From positions 1 to 64,000 of the IMG/VR virus record IMGVR_UViG_3300005613_000025: a stretch of 64,000 nucleotides of DNA, one strand, 5' to 3'. Source of the DNA: a virus. Below the pieces are notes generated by a model that was not told the DNA's origin, did not search any database, and was given only the letters and a program-made list of their open reading frames with translations. Both the position numbers and the translations under genes were made by a program. How positions within the stretch are numbered: position 1 is the stretch's first letter; every line of letters begins with the position of its first letter. Below are positions 48,932 to 57,173 of this stretch, one piece after another.

Positions 48932-49067
48932 AGACACTTGGAATTCTCACACTGAGATAGGCCGTCGCATTAAAACGGGGTTGTTTTATAAAATAAAACT
49001 ATACGTGATGTAACCCGTGGCTGAATCCCTTTCTTGGATGTGGGTGAAAATCCCACCGAAAGTGTCT
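48932..49067 (+). ncRNA. Candidate structured RNA 1
   Basis: Closing helix AGACACTT/AAGTGTCT around several hairpins; TATATTTG box at 48900. Confidence 0.55.
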
Positions 49068-49308
49068 TTAAAGAACTTGGTTAATAATTTTTATCTCTTT
49101 TATAAACCCTGGTTTGAGATTACTTTCAATTATAATATTATAATATAGATATAATAAAAAAATAAAGAGGTCTTTTGTGTTAGTATATGGTAAGTGTAAC
49201 TTTCACAGATGATATATGATTTAGATAAAATATATAATTGAATTATATATGAATAGCTTACCTTGATGTGTCTATGATGGTATGACACATCAATAAGATG
49301 AAACCATT

Positions 49309-49486
49309 ATGGAGAGTTGAATACGGCAAAACGGGACATTGCCAAACCAAGGGACATTAGAGTAGCTCATATTCTTTTGTCTTTTAAGATAAAGTCCAAG
49401 TGGTCAGACCACAAAAGTTAAACGAACATCAAGTTCAAGGTTTTAGGCTTTAGACCTAGTTTAACAGAAGTTCCACAACTCTCCAT
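49309..49486 (+). ncRNA. Candidate structured RNA 2 (strand inferred)
   Basis: 11-bp closing helix ATGGAGAGTTG/CAACTCTCCAT around multiple hairpins; no ORF. Confidence 0.55.
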
Positions 49487-49518
49487 TTATTTTGCAACAA
49501 TTTTAAAATCAATATAAA

Positions 49519-49917
49519 ATGACACTTAAAGAACAGATCAAAAAAGATTTCATGGCAGCTTTCAAAGCAAAGCAAACTCTGAAAAAACAATTGCTATCAA
49601 CCATCAAAGGTGAGATTGAAACACAGGAGAAATCAGGTGTTGAGATGACAGATGACCAGGTTGAGAAGATCCTACAGAAATTCAAAAAGAATCTTGAGCA
49701 ATCATTGAGTGTGAGAGATGATGAATCAACCAGAGAGGAATTGAACATTGTATCTAAATATCTTCCTGAGGAATTGTCAGAGGAGGCCATTCGTGAAAAG
49801 GTGTCACAACTCATTTCCAGTGGAGTTGGACACATTGGACAGATCATGAAAGAATTTTCAAATGTTCCTTGTGATAAAAAGGTTGTATCACAGGTTGCAA
49901 GAGAGATGCTTCAGTGA
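49519..49917 (+). CDS. GatB/YqeY domain protein
   Basis: TLKEQIKKDFMAAFKAK...ELNIVSKYLPEELSEE...IGQIMK. Confidence 0.88.
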   Translation: MTLKEQIKKDFMAAFKAKQTLKKQLLSTIKGEIETQEKSGVEMTDDQVEKILQKFKKNLEQSLSVRDDESTREELNIVSKYLPEELSEEAIREKVSQLISSGVGHIGQIMKEFSNVPCDKKVVSQVAREMLQ

Positions 49918-49941
49918 TATCGATTTTTTTTGAGATGAGAG

Positions 49942-49970
49942 ACCGGATTGAAAATCAATCCGGTTTTTTT
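49942..49970 (+). terminator. Rho-independent terminator
   Basis: ACCGGATTGA-AAA-TCAATCCGGT plus T run. Confidence 0.88.
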
Positions 49971-49981
49971 ATATATATGAC

Positions 49982-51058
49982 ATGGCAAAAGAGTTCAAAA
50001 CAATAGATGAGTTTGTAAGTTACCTCAGGTCAAGGAATAGAGAATCCAATATCAATGTCCGCAAAGGAGAAATATATTCAATCGGTGATGTTAGAATGTA
50101 TAATGATGATATCGATAAAGTGCCTTTTAAGTTTGAATTTGTAGATGGGTATATTGATGTATCAAATAATGATCTAATGAGTTTTGAATTTCTTCCTGAA
50201 GATGCAAAATCCTATGATATATCAGGCAATCCAGGAGTTACCGGTATCTTAAAAGAGATAACTGATAAATGTTCACACTGGACATTCAAAAAAATATACA
50301 ACCAACTCATACAGAATTGTCTTATCAATGATGTCTGGGTGGATGGTGTAACAAATCTTGAGATCATCGAAGAAATTTGGAAAGAAACAAAAAATGACAT
50401 TTATTTGGAGGATAAAAATGGATTCATGTCAAGATACTACAAATTACTTGACTCGAATGACATCGATCTTCTGGCGGATTATTATGATGTCACAGGTGAC
50501 ATATGGTCAAGTGATGATATATTGAAAAAGATATTTGACAAATTCGCTTCAGATAAATCAAATGAAAGAATTTTGAATTTCAGAATCTTATCAGTTCTCA
50601 TGTCAAATGATGAGGATAGCAAGATCAAAGACCTTATAGTGAAAAGTGGTTATGAGAAAGTATTGCCTTATATTTCATTATCTGAAAGACAAGATGAAGA
50701 AAAGAACATTCAAAAGGTGATATACCTGTTAGGTAAAAAAGTAACTCGTGGTGAGAAAACAATACAACGCGATGAGGAAAATGAGTGTCTTGTTTTCAAT
50801 GCATCATACGAGTTCATAGAAAATGATCAAGGTCTGTTCAAGAAGCAATTGAATATTGAAAGATTGATGAAGGTGGACATATACGATGCATCTGACCTTC
50901 AGATCATTAACATGATGAAGATGAGATCAAGATTCCAACAGGATGTTGAAACATATTTCATATGGGTTCCAAAAGGATCATTCGATGAATACATAGAAAC
51001 GAATGATATTCCCGATTATATCCTTGATCTCATAGATAAAAAGAAAACAAGAACATGA
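49982..51058 (+). CDS. Hypothetical protein with short LRR-like N-terminal segment
   Basis: VDGYIDVSNNDLMSFEFLP...DISGNP. Confidence 0.55.
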   Translation: MAKEFKTIDEFVSYLRSRNRESNINVRKGEIYSIGDVRMYNDDIDKVPFKFEFVDGYIDVSNNDLMSFEFLPEDAKSYDISGNPGVTGILKEITDKCSHWTFKKIYNQLIQNCLINDVWVDGVTNLEIIEEIWKETKNDIYLEDKNGFMSRYYKLLDSNDIDLLADYYDVTGDIWSSDDILKKIFDKFASDKSNERILNFRILSVLMSNDEDSKIKDLIVKSGYEKVLPYISLSERQDEEKNIQKVIYLLGKKVTRGEKTIQRDEENECLVFNASYEFIENDQGLFKKQLNIERLMKVDIYDASDLQIINMMKMRSRFQQDVETYFIWVPKGSFDEYIETNDIPDYILDLIDKKKTRT

Positions 51059-51702
51059 AATCATTTAAACAATTCAATGAATCGAATCAGGAATCTCTTC
51101 CATACCTTAATATCAAGGATGGGAAGTATAAATATGATTATTCTAAGATGTCAGTTGATGACCTTAATAGACAATTTGACTTTCATAGAGAAAAACATAT
51201 TGAAATGGAAGATTCAGATCCTGAATTATCAAAACATCATCTTAATATGATGAGACAAATACACACTAAATTGATAAATTCGCAAAAGAAGCAAAGAGCT
51301 AAGAAAAGACAAGATGATATTGCTCAACATAAAGAAAGGATAACTGATATCTTTCAAGATATGATAGACGAGGATCTTACTGATTTCAGTATTAAAACCT
51401 TCAGTCATACCGGTGAGTTCGGAGTAATTCGTGACGAATCGATTTACAGAACGATACTTGTTGGAATGACGATGGAAATAATGAACAGTTCAGATAGTGC
51501 ATTCATTGAGACTGAGCATTTCAGCGGATTTACGAATTTCGATGGTATGTATGAAAAGCTTGGATTTTTAAAGAAATTCGATCAGATACAAAAAGTGTTG
51601 AAGGATGCAGGGTATGATTTTACTTTCACATGCGAAGTTGATATAAATGAAGATGAAACTTCTAAAATTCATGTGAAAGGTTTCTGTGCATTGAAAAAAT
51701 AG
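51055..51702 (+). CDS. Hypothetical protein with capsid-targeting-like N-terminus
   Basis: MKSFKQFNES. Confidence 0.65.
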   Translation: MKSFKQFNESNQESLPYLNIKDGKYKYDYSKMSVDDLNRQFDFHREKHIEMEDSDPELSKHHLNMMRQIHTKLINSQKKQRAKKRQDDIAQHKERITDIFQDMIDEDLTDFSIKTFSHTGEFGVIRDESIYRTILVGMTMEIMNSSDSAFIETEHFSGFTNFDGMYEKLGFLKKFDQIQKVLKDAGYDFTFTCEVDINEDETSKIHVKGFCALKK

Positions 51703-51726
51703 TTATATTTGTAAAAAATAAATTAA

Positions 51727-52116
51727 ATGCACTCAATACAAGTTTATCTATTGGACAAAAAAGAAATAAGAGGTGAAAAGATCAGATCCGTAACAGAAGG
51801 TGAAAGTTCGGATATAAAATTCACCAAAATGGGTGAAGGTATCTTAGCAACTACTCACATTCCAAAATTCAAAGAATTCAGAAAAGGAAAGACAATAGCC
51901 AAGATCGAAACAGATTATTTTGGAGGATCTGGTGAGCAATCTGCCAAACTTTATGTTGATGGAGTCAAGAAGTATGATGAATCAGATGTTTTTGATTATT
52001 CAAAAACTCCTATCAATGATGTTCTCAAAATGATGGGTGTTGTTAAAAAAACAGGTATGGATGAATTTGATACTATCGGACTTGGGAAATTTAGAACAAA
52101 TCAAGATTTCGAATGA
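51727..52116 (+). CDS. Hypothetical protein
   Basis: ETDYFGGSGEQSA...DEFDTIGLG. Confidence 0.6.
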   Translation: MHSIQVYLLDKKEIRGEKIRSVTEGESSDIKFTKMGEGILATTHIPKFKEFRKGKTIAKIETDYFGGSGEQSAKLYVDGVKKYDESDVFDYSKTPINDVLKMMGVVKKTGMDEFDTIGLGKFRTNQDFE

Positions 52117-52589
52117 AAGATAAGGTATTGAAAATTGTAAATGACGAAGAATTCCAAAAACATTTCAATAAGTGGAACTTTTTTGATTATGAGGGAACCT
52201 TAGAAAATGAATTAGGACATTTGCCATATTCCAAGGATCTTTCATTGAGAAAACCTGGTCAGATATTCTTATTTGAGAATTTTCAAGATAGTGATTATCA
52301 AATAATACATTATCCAACATTAGCAGTTTTCTTAGACTATATTCCGTGTGATCAAACCGTTGAAATTGAGTATTCACCTATCAAAAGAAATCATCAATTA
52401 AAGAAAAACGAATATCTCGAAGCAGAGATAAGAAGAGATGCACAATGGCATAATTATCATTTGATATATGGTGTTTGGAATTCTTATCCAACTTGGAAAG
52501 AATTAAGAAGAGCATATGAAAGAACATGGTGGTTCCATAAAACAAAAAAACAAAAAAGAAATATAAAGATCAATCAAATTTTTAAATGA
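52113..52589 (+). CDS. Hypothetical protein with C-terminal tag
   Basis: Ends KRNIKINQIFK. Confidence 0.6.
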   Translation: MKDKVLKIVNDEEFQKHFNKWNFFDYEGTLENELGHLPYSKDLSLRKPGQIFLFENFQDSDYQIIHYPTLAVFLDYIPCDQTVEIEYSPIKRNHQLKKNEYLEAEIRRDAQWHNYHLIYGVWNSYPTWKELRRAYERTWWFHKTKKQKRNIKINQIFK

Positions 52590-53095
52590 GAAAAAACACA
52601 GAGCACAAACTCAATAATCAAGTAAGATTTCCAAAAGTAAGAGTTATCGGTGATGGTGACGGTGAGATAATGTCATCTTATGATGCATTTCAACTTGCAA
52701 AATCACAGGACAAAGACCTTATACTCATATCAGAAAAGGCAGATCCGCCTGTTGTGAAAATAGAAGAGTATAGCAAATTCATCTATGATCAGAAACAGCG
52801 TGAGAAAAAGATGAAAAAGAACCAAAAGCGGGTCGAGATGAAAGAATTGAAACTGAGTGTGAATATTGCAGAACATGACCTCATGGTAAAGGCAAAAAAA
52901 GGTGAAGAGTTTCTCAAAAAGGGAAATAAGATCAAATGCACTTTGATGATGAAGGGCCGACAGAACCAGAACAAACAACAAGGAGAGGTTGTCATGTTGA
53001 AATTCGCAGATATTCTTTCTGACATCGGTGTTCCTGAGTATCTTCCAAAATTACAGGGAAATAAATGGCAAATGACTCTGAAGCCAAAGCAATGA
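52586..53095 (+). CDS. infC: Translation initiation factor IF-3
   Basis: LNNQVRFPKVRVI, PPVVKI, KELKLS..IAEHD, GNKIK, KGRQ. Confidence 0.95.
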   Translation: MRKNTEHKLNNQVRFPKVRVIGDGDGEIMSSYDAFQLAKSQDKDLILISEKADPPVVKIEEYSKFIYDQKQREKKMKKNQKRVEMKELKLSVNIAEHDLMVKAKKGEEFLKKGNKIKCTLMMKGRQNQNKQQGEVVMLKFADILSDIGVPEYLPKLQGNKWQMTLKPKQ

Positions 53096-53406
53096 ACTTA
53101 AATGAACCTTTTTTCATTCTTTATTTGAATGTTGATGGAATGAGTCAGCAATTTATCGATGAATATACTTCACAGTGTTCAAAGACCTTATCACATCAAG
53201 GTATAGTATCATTTGTTATTCCTGTAAGAAATCAGGAAACAAAATTCGAATGTGTTTGGAAAGGTTCAAAAGAAGATCCGCAGAATTTCGATTTTATGGT
53301 CGAAAAAATGAACAAATTATTTAAAATGATGAGTGATGGTATTGATAATGATACCATTACAAGGAAAGTAAGACAATTCACACTTGAAAATATTCTAAAT
53401 GAGTGA
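53092..53406 (+). CDS. Hypothetical protein with tag-like C-terminus
   Basis: Ends VRQFTLENILNE. Confidence 0.55.
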   Translation: MNLNEPFFILYLNVDGMSQQFIDEYTSQCSKTLSHQGIVSFVIPVRNQETKFECVWKGSKEDPQNFDFMVEKMNKLFKMMSDGIDNDTITRKVRQFTLENILNE

Positions 53407-53794
53407 CATTTCAGAAAAAGTAAAAAATGAAGGTGACCACCATGAATTCAATTATAGAGGATTCAGATGCTCTATGATCAGAAATGCTTTTTCCACATGG
53501 TGTGGTTATATTGATATACCATCAGATTATGATGGAGATATCAACCATATACATGTTCATGGTGGTATCACCTATGATCAAGTGGATGGTGATATAAGAA
53601 CAATTGGGTTTGATTGTGCTCATGCAGGAGATCGTGTGCCTTTTTATGATCATATCGGATTATATGATAGTGGAATTTACCGAGATAAACAATTCGTGAT
53701 AGGTGAACTAAGATCAGTTGTTGATCAATTGATGAATATCGACTTTTTCATCAGATATTCAAGAAATAAGACATTGAAGTTTTTAAAGGAATGA
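53399..53794 (+). CDS. Conserved phage protein with tag-like C-terminus
   Basis: WCGY...VHGGITY...GFDCAH; ends SRNKTLKFL. Confidence 0.65.
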   Translation: MSDISEKVKNEGDHHEFNYRGFRCSMIRNAFSTWCGYIDIPSDYDGDINHIHVHGGITYDQVDGDIRTIGFDCAHAGDRVPFYDHIGLYDSGIYRDKQFVIGELRSVVDQLMNIDFFIRYSRNKTLKFLKE

Positions 53795-54234
53795 TTATAT
53801 TTGAAAAAAAAGAAAATGGAATATAACTATATTGAAGAATTGAAAGAATCGGTATCTGAATCAAAATATTTTGATATCTGTGTAATGGAAGAAGAGTATT
53901 TTCAACAACTTGAAATAGAAAATATCATAGAAAAAGAAAAAAGCGATGAAAGTTACATTTGATAATATAGAAAGTATAATTGAAAATCTACCCTTGGATC
54001 AGAACACAAAAGATAAAATGGTTGAAAACTCAAGAATAATAACGAGCTTCAGAGATCATTTGTGTGATTGTGACGGTCTAACAAAAGAGGAGGCCGAGAA
54101 AATGATACAGAATGTTACTACATCTTCATTTGATGGATCAGTAGAATCCATAAATGAATCACTCGTTAAATTTGCAAGAGAAAAGAATTTCAAAGATGTT
54201 GATAAGATTGAAAAATCATTGAATTATTTTAAAA

Positions 54235-54750
54235 ATGTCAAGCGATAAATTCATATCCAAACTTAGAAAGCTAAAGATGAAGGTTGTCTTTGGTGAGGTT
54301 GAGTTCAATATATCGCGTGATAAATTAAAAGAATTCAAAAAAAGCAAAGAGTTCAAAATATACAAAAAACATTATCAAGGCGAGGTTATAACAGGATCAA
54401 CTGTCCTTTTGGTATATGATATGTTGTTAAGATATCCAGTCGATATCGACATTCTTGATACGCTATCAAGAGATACCGACATTGTTAGAGGTGAATATCC
54501 ATCGGATTTTCCTGATGGATACCGTGGTTCAGTGAAACACCAATTCGGTAAAATATTCAAAGATTTTATTTATGTTGATCTCTTTGAACCTAAAACTGAT
54601 GGTCATACTGAGATCGATGGTATAAAATTTGACAATGTTCTAAATGTATTGAAATCCAAGATACGTCTTATCGAAAGGTCATCATCGATGACACAAAGAA
54701 ACAAACACATAAATGATATTTCACATATTTTCACTAAATTTGATATATGA
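54235..54750 (+). CDS. Nucleotidyltransferase-like protein
   Basis: ITGS...DIDI...VDLF...KHIND. Confidence 0.55.
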   Translation: MSSDKFISKLRKLKMKVVFGEVEFNISRDKLKEFKKSKEFKIYKKHYQGEVITGSTVLLVYDMLLRYPVDIDILDTLSRDTDIVRGEYPSDFPDGYRGSVKHQFGKIFKDFIYVDLFEPKTDGHTEIDGIKFDNVLNVLKSKIRLIERSSSMTQRNKHINDISHIFTKFDI

Positions 54751-55379
54751 AATATGAAAATTACAGATATCTTTATCCACCAAGGCCAAAGAATGCCATA
54801 CCTCCATCTGAGCTGAAAGGATATGATAATAATATACTATTTGCACAGCCAAAACTCAATGGGTCAAATTGTGTGATATTCACCAACGGCACTGAGTGTC
54901 ATATGATGAATAGACATTATCAGAGAATGTCAAATTTTAAAATATCGAAAAATGAGATAATCAGCACATTCAAACCCAATGGAAAGTGGATCGTTCTCAA
55001 TGGTGAGTATATGAACAAGTCAAAGCGTGATGAAAGGAATGAGTTGTTCAATCACAAGTTTGTTCTATTTGATTGTCTTGTCATTGATAATAAATATCTA
55101 GTTGGTAAAACATTCAAACAACGAGTTGATATCATTGAGAAATTCAATGATATTGGTTCAAATATCGAACATCTTGATAGATTGTCTGAAAACATATATA
55201 GAGTGAGAACATATAATGAACACTTTACTGAACTATTTGAGAAGTTGATAGAAGTTGATATGATGGAAGGTCTTGTTCTGAAAAGAAAACGAGCAAGACT
55301 TGAGACCGGATACAATGAATTGAATAACACAAAAACTCAGTTAAAGTGTAGAAAGCCTACAAAAAATTATCACTTTTGA
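54747..55379 (+). CDS. ATP-dependent ligase adenylation-domain protein
   Basis: QPKLNG, LNGEY, LFD, EGLVLK, LKCR. Confidence 0.8.
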   Translation: MKYENYRYLYPPRPKNAIPPSELKGYDNNILFAQPKLNGSNCVIFTNGTECHMMNRHYQRMSNFKISKNEIISTFKPNGKWIVLNGEYMNKSKRDERNELFNHKFVLFDCLVIDNKYLVGKTFKQRVDIIEKFNDIGSNIEHLDRLSENIYRVRTYNEHFTELFEKLIEVDMMEGLVLKRKRARLETGYNELNNTKTQLKCRKPTKNYHF

Positions 55380-55775
55380 ATGAAAATATATTTAGATTTT
55401 GATGGAACTGTTGTTGAACACATGTATCCTGAAATTGGAAAAATAAATCCAGGATCTTTGGATGTAATACAAAAATTACACGATGCTGGTCACGAAATAA
55501 TAATAAACACGATGCGTGCTGATATGAGAAACGGTACACTACAACAGGCACTGTACTTCCTCAACTCAATACCTTACTGTAATATCAAGTTTGAAAAGTT
55601 CTGTGCATCAAAAGTTGATCCTGATGAATGGGTAACCCCAAATAAAGAAATGGAAAAGATATACATTGATGACATTGCACACGGAATCCCACTCAGAGAC
55701 GGATTCCATGTAGGTTCAAAAATGGTTGATTGGCAAGAACTGAATAGACAATTTACAGATAATAATATTTATTGA
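55380..55775 (+). CDS. HAD-family phosphatase
   Basis: LDFDGTVV, NTMR, YIDD. Confidence 0.85.
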   Translation: MKIYLDFDGTVVEHMYPEIGKINPGSLDVIQKLHDAGHEIIINTMRADMRNGTLQQALYFLNSIPYCNIKFEKFCASKVDPDEWVTPNKEMEKIYIDDIAHGIPLRDGFHVGSKMVDWQELNRQFTDNNIY

Positions 55776-56260
55776 TGAAGAAGGAATTAAGAAAACTCAA
55801 ATTATTTGAACTTGGTATAGGAGAATGGCCATATACTACCTCCTACGAATCGATGAAAGATGTGGTTGATCGAAATCTTGATGGGTGTGTTATCAAGACA
55901 AGTGATGATTGCCCAGATTCTTATGTTTTCATTCAAGGGGGAAAGTATATTATGGAGCAGGATAAAAAAAATGACGCTTTATGGGTCAGATGGGATGGTC
56001 TTTGGTCCATTTTTTCAAATGACTTTTCTTTGGAACATAGTGACATTCAAGCAATTATAAAGTTCCTGGTGGAACAACATCTCAAATCAAAGGTAGGAAC
56101 ACCAAAATACGACTATCCGAATTCAACATCTGAGGTGGAACAACATCTCAAATCAAAGGTAGGAACACCTGGTCTTCATATCAATTACACCATTGAAGGG
56201 GTGGAAAAACATCTCAAATCAAAGGTAGGAACACCCCAGGAATCTACTTGGTACAACTGA
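55772..56260 (+). CDS. Small protein (about 100-aa unique part) reading in frame into the repeat array
   Basis: Repeats translate as VEQHLKSKVGTP; the stop lies inside spacer 3. Confidence 0.7.
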   Translation: MMKKELRKLKLFELGIGEWPYTTSYESMKDVVDRNLDGCVIKTSDDCPDSYVFIQGGKYIMEQDKKNDALWVRWDGLWSIFSNDFSLEHSDIQAIIKFLVEQHLKSKVGTPKYDYPNSTSEVEQHLKSKVGTPGLHINYTIEGVEKHLKSKVGTPQESTWYN

Positions 56261-56301
56261 ACACCGGTGGAACAACATCTCAAATCAAAGGTAGGAACAT
56301 C
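56068..56301. CRISPR. CRISPR-like mini-array: four 36-nt repeats, three 30-nt unique spacers, no cas gene in the window
   Basis: Repeat GGTGGAACAACATCTCAAATCAAAGGTAGGAACACC at 56068, 56134, 56200 (1 mismatch) and 56266 (1 mismatch); terminal GGTG/CACC inverted repeat. Confidence 0.75.
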
Positions 56302-56447
56302 CGATTGGGTCACGCGGATCCTGAGTTGAAAAAATTAGTGGATAATTGAACTCGTGAAAGACTATCAATAGTATCAACATCTGAAAGCCCAAACAACTTT
56401 GACAGATATTTTCAATAGAATTTAAAACTGTTAAAAATATAAAAAAA

Positions 56448-57173
56448 ATGGATTTAGGAAAAGATTTTAGAAAATTTGCCAATTCTGAAGGAATTGCATC
56501 AACAACATTGGACTCAATAGAAGCGTCACTTACACCTTATATTCTTGAAGAACGAGAAATGAGAGCAACTCAGATCGATATATTTTCAAGATTGATGAGA
56601 GATAGAATTCTTTGGGTAAGTGGTGTGGTTGATCAAAGAATGTCTGATGTTGTTCAGGCACAACTTCTATACTTGGACCAAGCAGAAAAGAAAGATATCA
56701 ATATGTATATCAATTCACCAGGTGGTTCTGTTATGAACGGTCTTGGTATTTATGATGTTATGAATTATATCTCATGTGATGTTGCAACTATGAACTTGGG
56801 TATGTGTGCAAGTATGGGATCGGTTCTTCTGTCAAGTGGTGCCAAAGGTAAACGATCATCTTTGATATACTCAAGAGTTATGACACACCAAGTAAGTAGT
56901 GGAAATCAAGGCGTGATTGAAGATACTAGAATATCACAAATAGAAAGTGAAAAGTATAATTACATACTATTCAGAATATTGGCAAAGAATTGTGGTAAAA
57001 CATTTGATGAGATGTTAGATTCGTCAAGAAGAGATAAGTGGTTTAATTCACAGGAGGCTCTTAATTTTGGACTAATTGATGAGGTAATAGGAATTGAAAA
57101 AAACAATGGAATTGAGAACTTATTGGAGGGATTTGATTCATATTATAAAAAAGAGGTTTTAGGAAAATTTTAA
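56448..57173 (+). CDS. clpP: ATP-dependent Clp protease proteolytic subunit
   Basis: DIFSRLMRDRI, YINSPGG, ASMG, MTHQ, RDKW, FGLIDEV. Confidence 0.96.
   Translation: MDLGKDFRKFANSEGIASTTLDSIEASLTPYILEEREMRATQIDIFSRLMRDRILWVSGVVDQRMSDVVQAQLLYLDQAEKKDINMYINSPGGSVMNGLGIYDVMNYISCDVATMNLGMCASMGSVLLSSGAKGKRSSLIYSRVMTHQVSSGNQGVIEDTRISQIESEKYNYILFRILAKNCGKTFDEMLDSSRRDKWFNSQEALNFGLIDEVIGIEKNNGIENLLEGFDSYYKKEVLGKF

Noticed and set aside
49040-49067. Canonical tRNA gene
   Set aside because: The T-arm-like hairpin lacks TTC, and there are no proper D or anticodon arms or CCA. Kept only as an ncRNA candidate.
56121-56133. Self-targeting by spacer 1 (TCAACATCTGA also near 24218, 48822 and 56374)
   Set aside because: The matches are only 11-12 nt, which is expected by chance in AT-rich DNA.
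55772-56301. Diversity-generating retroelement or complete CRISPR-Cas locus
   Set aside because: No reverse transcriptase, no adenine-specific TR/VR pair and no recognisable cas gene in the window.
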